From Myxococcales bacterium (GTDB lineage: Bacteria; Myxococcota_A; Polyangia; Polyangiales; Houyiibacteriaceae): a DNA stretch of 64,000 bases. The DNA lies in NCBI GenBank assembly GCA_029863605.1, contig JAOTVB010000001.1, positions 160,187 to 224,186 on the forward strand. The letters are read 5' to 3'. Below, piece after piece: positions 9,983 to 18,534 of the stretch; position 1 is the stretch's first letter, and each line of letters opens with the position of its first letter. The translations under genes were made by a program, and so were the position numbers. Below the pieces are notes generated by a model. It saw nothing but the letters and a program-made list of their open reading frames with translations, was not told where the DNA came from and did no database searches.

Positions 9983-10729
9983 TCAAGGATCAGCGCTCTT
10001 TGGCACGGCTTTTTCAACGACACCCTTCACACGTCGGTAACCCGGCGGCAGGGCGAATATGTCTCGGGACACTTTCGATCGCTTGATGTCTTCGACCAAG
10101 AACTCGACCAGTGGACGCCCAGGTTGCCGCACTTGCATTCTCATCGAAAAGCCGGGCTCGATGCCGTACTTCTTCATCGCCTTCATGCGTTCCTCGTCGG
10201 ACATCTCGAGCCCGAGGTTGCGACCGCGAAACGCCTGAGTCCACAGGTCGGGGGGGTATTTCGGTGTCATCCAAAGATCGATCGTCGCGTTGTTGTCTTT
10301 GTCGAGGACACGAACGTGCTCAGTCTCCACGCCGCTCACAGTGTCTGTGCCTAGCTTTTCGATCTCTAGGTTCGTGTCTCGTCCCTTGCCTACGACATCC
10401 CCGCTCGATTCGCGCAACGCTTCGTAGGGGACTTCGACGATGACTTTCTGGTTGTGAGAGATCGAATAGTAGCTCTTGCCGGCCGCCGGCATGAGGGTGG
10501 ATCCGTGCATCATTTCACCTTCGGGGCTCTTGCCCGAAGTGTCGATCCGCACGTCTCCTGCCTTGGAGTACCAGGCATGCACCCGCACCGAGGTCCCGGG
10601 CTGGCCGGATAACTTCGCCTTGAGCTCGCCCTCGAACGCGCGGGCCGGGTTGGCGACACAGGTTGCCAAAAAGGCCGCTACTAGGCCAACGACGGCAACG
10701 CTGAGAAGCCGGGGGGGCATGGGGGGCAT
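9983..10729 (-). CDS. secreted protein (DUF4412/LolA-like, tentative)
   Basis: Signal peptide MPPMPPRLLSVAVVGLVAAFLATCVANPARA. 248 aa, and probably cotranscribed with 8921..9913 (45-nt gap). The family call is from memory only. Confidence 0.65.
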   Translation of the reverse strand: MPPMPPRLLSVAVVGLVAAFLATCVANPARAFEGELKAKLSGQPGTSVRVHAWYSKAGDVRIDTSGKSPEGEMMHGSTLMPAAGKSYYSISHNQKVIVEVPYEALRESSGDVVGKGRDTNLEIEKLGTDTVSGVETEHVRVLDKDNNATIDLWMTPKYPPDLWTQAFRGRNLGLEMSDEERMKAMKKYGIEPGFSMRMQVRQPGRPLVEFLVEDIKRSKVSRDIFALPPGYRRVKGVVEKAVPKSADP

Positions 10730-10836
10730 TGAAGCGGGGTTATATCGGATTGGATTCTTGGATCCAGGCCTCGGGTAGCGGCATTTGACCGAGGTGGGTC
10801 CACGGCTACAATCCGCCCCCTCGAGCGAGGAACATC

Positions 10837-10998
10837 ATGCGAGACCTGATCAAGCTCAGCTGCGAAAACTGCGGAAAAGACAACTACGTGACGGACAAGA
10901 ACCGACGCACGATGCCAGAAAAGTTTCACATCAAAAAGTTCTGTCCGAAATGCCGCAGTCACCAGTCGCACAAAGAGGGCAAGATCAGCAAGGGCTGA
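10837..10998 (+). CDS. rpmG: 50S ribosomal protein L33 (Cys-containing, zinc-ribbon type)
   Basis: Below the ORF-track size cut-off. My translation is [53 protein letters not shown] (53 aa). The KNRRTMPEK core and the CxxC…CxxC pairs are diagnostic of L33. SD gagcgagg lies upstream. Confidence 0.9.
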   Translation: MRDLIKLSCENCGKDNYVTDKNRRTMPEKFHIKKFCPKCRSHQSHKEGKISKG

Positions 10999-11031
10999 TC
11001 GACGCCGTACGCCTAGGGACTGTCCCCTTTT

Positions 11032-11772
11032 TCACAGGCGGTCGACGAGGCGCACGGCGAAAGCCCCTGTGCCTCCATGACGCCGAGGTGCCGTGCAGAA
11101 GGCCAGCACATATCTTGCCGCTGCGCGCTTGCTGAGCGTGCCGACGATGTGCTCCCTGAGAGTGCCCTTGCCGCCAGGGCTGTGAAGCCCCTTGCCAACG
11201 ATGATCAGGACCCACCGGTGCCCGCACTCTTGGTGGTCGCGCACAAACCGCAGAACTCTGTGATCGGCTTCCGCCGCGGTCATCCCATGCAGATCGCATT
11301 CTGCCTCGATTTCGAGCCGAGGGTCCGCCAAGGTGTCGATAATGCTGGGGTGGGTCGCGTTGCGGTGGCCGAGGACACTTCCGTCGCTGTCGCGCTCCAC
11401 CAGAAGTGGCACTGTCGGCGTGTGTCTGGCCGAGACAGGCGAGCTTCGAGAAGCGCGTTGATCGTCGGAGGGCATCACGCGCTTCTTGACCCTTCCGCCA
11501 AGCGGCTTGACGTCCGAGAACGCCTCCCGCAGCGCGTCCTGATCGGCCTCCGAGCGTCCGCCGCCCGCCGCCGAGCCACCCTTGGTTCTGGCGCCTTTTC
11601 GTTTCGACTTGCCCACGACCCAACCATCATGAACCCCCGGCCGGCTCCCGCGCAATTGGCGCACCCGCTGCAGCTCACCTGCCTCGTGCGAAGAATCTTC
11701 GCCCGTCACCTCAAAACGATGCCCGCGAGCGGCGCCTTTGCCGGCTGCGAGGGTGGCACATCGCTTGCACAC
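11032..11772 (-). CDS. Smr domain-containing protein
   Basis: The C-terminal ~80 aa, ECDLHGMTAAEADHRVLRFVRDHQECGHRWVLIIVGKGLHSPGGKGTLREHI, match the Smr/MutS2 C-terminal nuclease-domain pattern (LDLHG…, …GKG.HS). The exact start is uncertain. Confidence 0.8.
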   Translation of the reverse strand: MCKRCATLAAGKGAARGHRFEVTGEDSSHEAGELQRVRQLRGSRPGVHDGWVVGKSKRKGARTKGGSAAGGGRSEADQDALREAFSDVKPLGGRVKKRVMPSDDQRASRSSPVSARHTPTVPLLVERDSDGSVLGHRNATHPSIIDTLADPRLEIEAECDLHGMTAAEADHRVLRFVRDHQECGHRWVLIIVGKGLHSPGGKGTLREHIVGTLSKRAAARYVLAFCTAPRRHGGTGAFAVRLVDRL

Positions 11773-11957
11773 GAATATGACCGATGGATTTCAGTCGCCG
11801 GTGTTGGACGAGTGAGTTGGTTCTGCCGAGCGCGCTGGCGTTCCCGGGAGTCTGCGGCGGATCCCCCGACGAGCACATCTTGCGGTTTCGGCAACCCTTG
11901 CACTGCAGCTAAGTTCGGGCCGAGCGACTGAAGTCCCTCGTTAACTCGCGTGTCATG

Positions 11958-13772
11958 TCAACCGGCCTTCGGGCCGTCCCGACGCGGGCGACGATTGCAC
12001 TCGAGTGCGGCCTTGCGAACACGCACCGCATCTGGGGTCACCTCGACGAGCTCGTCCTGGTCGATCCAGTCGAGCGCGGTCTCGATCGTGAGCTGGCGAT
12101 GCGGCGTGAGAATGACGTTCTCGTCCCGACCGGCCGCGCGAATGTTAGTCAGCTTTTTTTCACGGGTGCAGTTCACATTCAGATCACTCGGTCGGTTGTG
12201 CTCCCCTACGATCATGCCCTCGTAGACCTTGGTCCCGGCACCCACGAAGAGCTTGCCGCGCGGTTGTAGATTGAACAGCGCGTACGGCGTGGTCGTGCCT
12301 CCGCGGTCGGCGACGATCGCGCCGTTCTTACGTCGAAGAAGCGGGCCCGCGTACGGATCCCACCCCTCGAACATCGCGTTGAGAAGCCCCTCACCGCGCG
12401 TCTCGGTCATGAAGATCGAACGAAACCCGATCAATCCCCGCGACGGCACACGGTACTCAACACGAGCCCGATTGGCGCCGATCGGGTTCATCTTGCCCAT
12501 GACGCCCCGCCGATCGCCCAGCAACTGGGTGACCGTCCCGACGTGGGATTGCGGTACGTCGACTACCACGGTCTCGACGGGCTCGCACTTGCGCCCATCG
12601 ATCGTCCGAACCACGACCTCCGGCATTCCAAGCGCGAATTCGTAGCCCTCGCGGCGCATGGTTTCGGCCAAGATCGCCAGCATCAGCTCGCCGCGCCCGT
12701 ACACGACGAACGTGTCGGGTTCTTCGGTCTCTTCGACGCGCATGGCGATATTGCGCTGGGCTTCTTTGAGGAGTCTCTCGCGCACTTGCCGGGAGGTCAC
12801 GAAGTCGCCTACGCGCCCGGCGAACGGCGACGTGTTGACCAGGAAGCGGACTTTGATCGTCGGCTCTTCGACCGAAATGCGGTCGAGTGGGGCAGCGTGA
12901 CTTGGGTGTGTGATCGTGTCGCCGATGCGCACTTCTTCGATGCCAGAGATCGCGACGATGTCTCCTGCTGCCGCTTCGTCGATGCGCACCCTGTCGAGGC
13001 TCTCGAAGCCCCATAGGGCGCCGACCTTGCGCTCTACCGTAGCGTCGTGTCCGATGACAGCGACATTCTCGAGCGGTTTGATGGTCCCTCCGCGAATGCG
13101 TCCGATCGCTATCCGGCCGATGTAGTCGTCGTGAATGGTGTTGTGCACCAAGAGCTGGAGCGGAAGAGTCGCGTCGCCGTCAGGCGCAGGGAGGTACTCG
13201 ACGAGTGTTTCAAAGAGAGGTGTGAGGTCGGTCGAATCATCATCCAGCGCCCGCTTTGCGATCCCGTCCTTGCCAATGGCATACACCGTCGCGAAGTTCG
13301 CTTGCTCGTCCGTCGCACCGAGGTCGCAGAAGAGGTCGAAGAGCTCGTTGAGAGCCTCGTCCGGCCGGGCATCGCGCCGGTCGATCTTGTTGATCACGGC
13401 GACTACTGGAAGTCCGAGCTCGATGCACTTCGAGAGGACGAATCGTGTTTGCGGTAGCGCCCCCTCGGCAGCGTCGACCAGCAAGAGCGCTCCGTCGGCC
13501 ATTCGGAGAGTCCGCTCGACCTCGCCCCCAAAGTCCGCATGACCAGGGGTGTCGATGAGATTGATCTTGTAATCCTTCCAGCGAATCGACGCGTGCTTGG
13601 CGAGGATGGTGATCCCGCGCTCTCGCTCGAGGTCGTTCGAATCGAGGACACGTTCGCGCACGGCTTCGTTCGAGCGAAACACGCCCGTCTGATGCAACAT
13701 CGCGTCGACCAGGGTCGTCTTGCCATGATCGACGTGGGCGATAATCGCCACGTTTCTAAGCTTGTCCTGCAC
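11958..13772 (-). CDS. typA: translational GTPase TypA/BipA
   Basis: MQDKLRNVAIIAHVDHGKTTLVDAMLHQTG (G1), DTPGHADFGGEVER (G3) and NKIDR (G4). 604 aa, typical of BipA. Confidence 0.95.
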   Translation of the reverse strand: MQDKLRNVAIIAHVDHGKTTLVDAMLHQTGVFRSNEAVRERVLDSNDLERERGITILAKHASIRWKDYKINLIDTPGHADFGGEVERTLRMADGALLLVDAAEGALPQTRFVLSKCIELGLPVVAVINKIDRRDARPDEALNELFDLFCDLGATDEQANFATVYAIGKDGIAKRALDDDSTDLTPLFETLVEYLPAPDGDATLPLQLLVHNTIHDDYIGRIAIGRIRGGTIKPLENVAVIGHDATVERKVGALWGFESLDRVRIDEAAAGDIVAISGIEEVRIGDTITHPSHAAPLDRISVEEPTIKVRFLVNTSPFAGRVGDFVTSRQVRERLLKEAQRNIAMRVEETEEPDTFVVYGRGELMLAILAETMRREGYEFALGMPEVVVRTIDGRKCEPVETVVVDVPQSHVGTVTQLLGDRRGVMGKMNPIGANRARVEYRVPSRGLIGFRSIFMTETRGEGLLNAMFEGWDPYAGPLLRRKNGAIVADRGGTTTPYALFNLQPRGKLFVGAGTKVYEGMIVGEHNRPSDLNVNCTREKKLTNIRAAGRDENVILTPHRQLTIETALDWIDQDELVEVTPDAVRVRKAALECNRRPRRDGPKAG

Positions 13773-13893
13773 GCGCTAACCCCCACGCCGTCGCGTGAGC
13801 GCGCGTCTTGCCAGATCCACGGCAACGCCGCCACCCGGCTCGATTTGGGAGGTCCATGCGGTCCCGCTATCCTGACGCTGGGGGTAATCTTCT

Positions 13894-14976
13894 ATGTTAC
13901 GAGCATGGCTGCCGCACAGGGTAATCGCGGTTCTGGTGACCGGCATCGTTGGTTGTGGTGGTGGCTCGACCGACCCGCGCACGAATCCAGACCCCGGACT
14001 GCCGTCGGGTAACGGCGACGGCACCTGCACCGTTCCCGTGGGAGCCGGCGCAGAAGACGCATCCGACCCCGACACGATCATCGGTGACGGGACTCCTCAA
14101 AGCTGTACGTCCGACGCCTTCGTCGAGGCGGTTGCCCTTGGTGGGGTGATCACTTTCGACTGCGGACCGGACCCCGTCGTCATCACACTCGATCGGACCG
14201 CGAAAGTCTTCAACGATCAGAACCCCGACATCGTCATCGACGGCGGCGGCAAAGTGACTCTGAGCGGTGGCGGGCGAGTGCGAATCCTCTACCAGAACAC
14301 CTGCGATGAGGCGCAGGTCTGGACGACGCCGCACTGCAACGACCAAGACCATCCTCGCCTCACGGTGCAGAACCTGACGCTCGTCGACGGGAACGCAAAG
14401 TCCGAAGCGGACGGGGGCGGCGCGATCTTCGCGCGCGGCGGTAGGCTCAAGGTCGTCAACTCGAGCTTCTTCAACAACGTGTGCGATGACGTCGGGCCCG
14501 ACGTTGGCGGTGGAGCAATTCGTACTTTCGACCAGTTCGAGGATCGGCCCGTCTACGTGGTGAACAGCACTTTCGGCGCAGAGGGGATCGGGAACGTCTG
14601 CTCGAACGGCGGCGCGCTGAGCAGCATCGGGGTGTCGTACACGGTAATCAACAGCATGCTCGCCCACAACGAAGCGATCGGCAATGGCGCCAACCCCGCG
14701 CAACCTGGTACGCCTGGCGGCGGAAGCGGCGGCGCGATCTACAACGACGGAAACACCTTCACCCTCTCGGTGTGCGGCACGGTGATCTCCAACAACACCT
14801 CGAACGAGGGCGGCGGCGCGATCTTCTTCGTCAGCAACGACCGGACCGGAACGCTGATCATCGAAGACTCGGTGCTCCGTAACAACCCGAGCGATGGTTT
14901 CGAGACCGCAGGCTACCCGGGGATCTTCGTGCTCGCCAGCGGGGACCCGCAAGTAAACAACTCGGTGATCGAGTAG
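13894..14976 (+). CDS. right-handed parallel beta-helix repeat lipoprotein
   Basis: Signal peptide plus Cys (VLVTGIVGCGGG). Repeated GGGAI(F/R/Y) … N(S/N)xF turns (GGGAIFARGGRLKVVNSSFFNN, GGGAIRTF, GGGAIFFVSND) are typical of pectate-lyase-fold/Pmp-like repeats. Confidence 0.75.
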   Translation: MLRAWLPHRVIAVLVTGIVGCGGGSTDPRTNPDPGLPSGNGDGTCTVPVGAGAEDASDPDTIIGDGTPQSCTSDAFVEAVALGGVITFDCGPDPVVITLDRTAKVFNDQNPDIVIDGGGKVTLSGGGRVRILYQNTCDEAQVWTTPHCNDQDHPRLTVQNLTLVDGNAKSEADGGGAIFARGGRLKVVNSSFFNNVCDDVGPDVGGGAIRTFDQFEDRPVYVVNSTFGAEGIGNVCSNGGALSSIGVSYTVINSMLAHNEAIGNGANPAQPGTPGGGSGGAIYNDGNTFTLSVCGTVISNNTSNEGGGAIFFVSNDRTGTLIIEDSVLRNNPSDGFETAGYPGIFVLASGDPQVNNSVIE

Positions 14977-15016
14977 ACCTTGCGGTCCACCGATAGAAGA
15001 GCCTACAACGGGCTCT

Positions 15017-15400
15017 ATGAACGAAACGCTTCGCACATGGCATCGTGTGGTCAAAGAGAAGGACATCGCTGCCCTGGACGGCCTTCTTGCAGACGACGTC
15101 GTGTTTCACTCACCCGTCGTCCACTCGCCGCAAGAGGGTAAGGCGCTCACGAAGCTCTACCTCTCGGCGGCCGCGATGGTACTGGCCAACGATACCTTCA
15201 CCTACGTGAGAGAAGTGGTTGGGGAGTCAGACGCCATGCTCGAGTTCACAGTCGAGGTGCAAGGCGTCCACGTCAACGGCGTCGACATGATCCGCTGGAA
15301 CGCCGACGGCCAAATCGTGGACTTCAAAGTGATGGTTCGCCCCCTCAAGGCGATCAATCTCTTGCACGGACTAATGCGCCAGATGCTCGACCAAATGTAA
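15017..15400 (+). CDS. SnoaL-like / NTF2 family protein
   Basis: 127 aa. MNETLRTWHRVVKEKDIAALDGLLADDVVFHSPV… follows the SnoaL_2-type pattern. Confidence 0.75.
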   Translation: MNETLRTWHRVVKEKDIAALDGLLADDVVFHSPVVHSPQEGKALTKLYLSAAAMVLANDTFTYVREVVGESDAMLEFTVEVQGVHVNGVDMIRWNADGQIVDFKVMVRPLKAINLLHGLMRQMLDQM

Positions 15401-15444
15401 TGTGCGGATCTTTTCTCTCGCAGACCATGTTTGCGGAACGGGAG

Positions 15445-15951
15445 CTACTGTAGGGTGGATAGTTTGTCGCGGTGCTTGGACTGAATTGCGTTGTAGTCGT
15501 CTTGGGTGAGGTTCAAAGCCTTCGCGATGCGGCGGAGCTGGGTTTGCTCTTCTTGTTTGAGCACTTCGTCTGCGACCCCCATCTCGACCAGCACCTCGAG
15601 GATTTCCAGCCGTAGCTCCCGGCTCGCCAGGTCGCGGAGGTCCCGCGTCCAGTCGTGATCGCCAATTAGGGCGACATGGCTGATTTGGTCTGCAAGCAAA
15701 CCGCAAATCGCGTCGACACCCGCCGCGCTCAACCCGTGAACCCGACCGAGCTCCGCCCGAATGGTGACCTCTTCTCGTTCGGAGTAGTCACCGTCCGCGT
15801 ATGCCACTTTCGCGAGTAGGCCAGCGACCGCGGTGACGATTTGCCGCGTCGCGTCGTCTGCGTCAGCGAGATACTGCTCGACGATCTTCGCGAGGCGATC
15901 ACGTGCCTGGACCATGCCAGCTTCATTAGACCCCGATGCGATTCGAGACAA
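15445..15951 (-). CDS. TerB-like (tellurite-resistance TerB family) protein
   Basis: 168 aa. LAKVAYADGDYSEREEVTIRAEL… and a second helical repeat with ADEVLKQEEQTQLRRIAKAL follow the TerB-fold pattern (from memory). Confidence 0.65.
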   Translation of the reverse strand: MSRIASGSNEAGMVQARDRLAKIVEQYLADADDATRQIVTAVAGLLAKVAYADGDYSEREEVTIRAELGRVHGLSAAGVDAICGLLADQISHVALIGDHDWTRDLRDLASRELRLEILEVLVEMGVADEVLKQEEQTQLRRIAKALNLTQDDYNAIQSKHRDKLSTLQ

Positions 15952-15954
15952 GCG

Positions 15955-16170
15955 CTAAAGCCCAGCTTTGACGCTGCCCCAAACGCCCGCACAGATGCCC
16001 GCAGAGGCGAGCCCGAGCCACAGTGGGTCGCGCACGAGAAACGGTAACACCAACAACAGAATACCGGCAGCCAGCTGAACGGGTCGATGTTGCTTCTTAC
16101 CGTACACCAACATCACGAACCCGACGCTGCTGACCAAAAGACCAATGAATAGATAGCTCGGCTCTGGCAT
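15955..16170 (-). CDS. small two-TM membrane protein
   Basis: The ORF-track entry is trimmed to ATG 16170 (GGAG upstream). MPEPSYLFIGLLVSSVGFVMLVYGKKQHRPVQLAAGILLLVLPFLV… gives 71 aa. It sits between two same-strand genes with 3- and 13-nt gaps. Confidence 0.5.
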   Translation of the reverse strand: MPEPSYLFIGLLVSSVGFVMLVYGKKQHRPVQLAAGILLLVLPFLVRDPLWLGLASAGICAGVWGSVKAGL

Positions 16171-16183
16171 GGTCAGGACTCCA

Positions 16184-17080
16184 TCAAGACGGGGTCGGCC
16201 TCTGGTCGACGTCCCCGGTGGGGAGCGCGCCGTCGACGGAATGAAGCCCGCTTCGTGCTTTAGCGCGAGTGAGGATGGCGTCGCTGCCGTGAAGCAGCAC
16301 GACGAACACGAGCACCGGGAGGGCAATCAGGACACCAGAAAACCCTCGTGCTCTCACCGCAGGCACCAGGACCGTGACGAACAACGCCCAAAGAAATGTC
16401 GCGCCGAGGATCTCCAACAGCGCGTACCCACGATACCCTAGATAGAAATCACCGAGACCGGGAAACAACAATGAACGGAGCGCGGCTTTGCGGGGCTCTT
16501 TGAACTTCGCTCCGCAGCGTTCGCACGCGGAGGGGGTGTCGTCGGTCGCCGTGAAGCAGCGCGGGCATAGGTTCTGCCAACCGCCCTCCTTGGCAGGGGT
16601 AGACTCGAGCAACCCTCGAAGGTACTTCACCTCACCGCGCTTGACCCCGTGGAACATGAGCTGTTCGCGTCCCGTCCGGATGAAGGCGTAGCTGTGCCTG
16701 CCGGTCACCGTTCGGACGCGTTCGAGCGGAAGTTGGTTGGCAAACAATCGCGGGCGCTGCTTCGAGTCGGTGTGAATGAGCAGGATGCGCCTGTCGGTGA
16801 GCACGAAGGTCGTACGGTTGGTGAAAGGGTTCATCGAGCCCGCCGTGATCAGGCCCCAAGCGAACTGGCGTGCGCCATTGGTCACGAAGCGCACCACCTC
16901 CAAGGGTCCAAGCACGCGACGCAGGACCGGCTCTGCCTTGCGCAGCATTTCGGCGCGCTTGCGATCGCGCCTCCGGACGCTCCGCGCGCGAATGCTCGGG
17001 AACATCTCATCGAAGCGCACCGCGATGGAGGCCGGCAAGAGCGCCTTGAGCTCTTCCTCTGGGCTACCCCCCCGTACCAT
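16184..17080 (-). CDS. bacterial PH-like domain / zinc-ribbon / multi-TM membrane protein
   Basis: TFVLTDRRILLIHTD…ERVRTV is bPH-like. CPRCFTATDDTPSACERCGAKF is a zinc ribbon. It is followed by 3 hydrophobic helices. Confidence 0.65.
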   Translation of the reverse strand: MVRGGSPEEELKALLPASIAVRFDEMFPSIRARSVRRRDRKRAEMLRKAEPVLRRVLGPLEVVRFVTNGARQFAWGLITAGSMNPFTNRTTFVLTDRRILLIHTDSKQRPRLFANQLPLERVRTVTGRHSYAFIRTGREQLMFHGVKRGEVKYLRGLLESTPAKEGGWQNLCPRCFTATDDTPSACERCGAKFKEPRKAALRSLLFPGLGDFYLGYRGYALLEILGATFLWALFVTVLVPAVRARGFSGVLIALPVLVFVVLLHGSDAILTRAKARSGLHSVDGALPTGDVDQRPTPS

Positions 17081-17134
17081 ATCCGCCGCTCAACCTAGCA
17101 CGCCCCCTCATTCAGCACTGCGCAAAAAGTCAGG

Positions 17135-18529
17135 ATGGTGCTACCCTCCTCGCAACTCATCGCTCGGGGGACTTGGGAGATGGTAGTTCCACTGCTGGTG
17201 GCCGCGATTCTGCTGCTCGCCGCCAATCTAGTCATCGCAATTATTGTCTTAAATAGGCAGTCGGCCGGGGGCTCTGCGGACGCGCGCGACCAAGCCGAGG
17301 CACGGGCCGAGGCGGCCAAACTGCTTCGATCGGAGCTCCGGGACGCTCGCGAAGAGGCCGCCCAGGCTGCCCGCGATCTGCGTGAAGAGGTCTCCGGGAC
17401 GCAAAAGAGAGGCACCGAGACCCTCGTGAAGACGATCTCCGAGATCGGCCAGGCCCAGACGACCAAGTTCCAAGCCTTCACGGTCCAGCTCAACACGCTC
17501 ACTGAATCGAACCAGGGCGGCCTCCGACAACTTCGTGAGACGGTCGATCTTCGTCTTCAGGAGCTCCACCAAAACAACGAAAAGAAGCTCGACCAAATGC
17601 GCCACGTGGTCGACGAGAAGCTCCAAAGCACGCTCGAAAAGCGGCTTGGCGAGTCGTTCAAGCTCGTCGGCGATCGTCTCGAAGCCGTACAGAAGGGCCT
17701 TGGCGAGATGCGAAGCCTGGCGAGCGGCGTCGGCGATCTAAAAAAGGTGCTCACCAACGTCAAGACGCGTGGCACGTGGGGCGAGGTTCAACTCGGCGCG
17801 CTCCTCGAGCAGATCCTCACGCCCGAGCAGTTCGACCGAAACGTGCAGCCTCGGCTCGACTCGCGGGATGTGGTCGAGTTCGCGATTCGTCTCCCCGGGC
17901 CGAGCGATGATCCGACGCAGTGCGTTTGGCTGCCGATCGACTCGAAGTTCCCACAAGAAGACTACCTGCGCCTCGTCGAAGCGAGCGAGGATGGCGACGC
18001 GACTGCAGTGCAACAGGCGCAGTCCGCGCTGCTCCGCTCGATTCAAGACTCGGCTCGCGACGTCGGCACCAAGTACCTGAATCCACCCCGGACGACCGAC
18101 TTCGCGATTTTGTTTTTGCCTACCGAAGGCCTCTATGCTGAAGCTCTCCGTCACCCCGGTCTGGTCGAGCGTCTGCAGCGCGAGCACCGAATCGTGGTCG
18201 CGGGGCCGACGACCCTTGCCGCCGTCCTGAACAGCTTACGCATCGGCTTTCGCACGCTCGCGATCGAGCAGCGCTCGAGTGAGGTGTGGAAGGTGCTCGC
18301 CGCCGTGAAGACCGAATTTGGCAGGTTCGGGGACGTTCTCACGAAGGTTAAGCGACAGCTCGAGACCGCGGGTCGAACGATCGACGAAACCGGCGTTCGT
18401 ACCCGCGCGATGGAGCGCAAGCTTCGTACGGTCGAAGAGCTCCCCGCGGATGCAGCCACCGCCGTCCTCGACCTCGCAGAGGGAGAGCCTGTCGACCTGC
18501 TCGAGGCCCAAGAAGACGGGGCCGCCTAG
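17135..18529 (+). CDS. rmuC: DNA recombination protein RmuC
   Basis: An N-terminal TM helix and a long coiled-coil are followed by a conserved C-terminal region (LTNVKTRGTWGEVQLGALLEQILTPEQF…, FAILFLPTEGLYAEALR, IVVAGPTTLAAVLNSL). Confidence 0.9.
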   Translation: MVLPSSQLIARGTWEMVVPLLVAAILLLAANLVIAIIVLNRQSAGGSADARDQAEARAEAAKLLRSELRDAREEAAQAARDLREEVSGTQKRGTETLVKTISEIGQAQTTKFQAFTVQLNTLTESNQGGLRQLRETVDLRLQELHQNNEKKLDQMRHVVDEKLQSTLEKRLGESFKLVGDRLEAVQKGLGEMRSLASGVGDLKKVLTNVKTRGTWGEVQLGALLEQILTPEQFDRNVQPRLDSRDVVEFAIRLPGPSDDPTQCVWLPIDSKFPQEDYLRLVEASEDGDATAVQQAQSALLRSIQDSARDVGTKYLNPPRTTDFAILFLPTEGLYAEALRHPGLVERLQREHRIVVAGPTTLAAVLNSLRIGFRTLAIEQRSSEVWKVLAAVKTEFGRFGDVLTKVKRQLETAGRTIDETGVRTRAMERKLRTVEELPADAATAVLDLAEGEPVDLLEAQEDGAA

Positions 18530-18534
18530 GCTAG

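Noticed and set aside
11010-11031. Possible terminator after rpmG (GGGACTGTCCCCTTTTT)
   Set aside because: The stem is effectively only 3-5 bp with a 1-5 nt loop. The T-run is attractive, but the hairpin is too weak to support a call.
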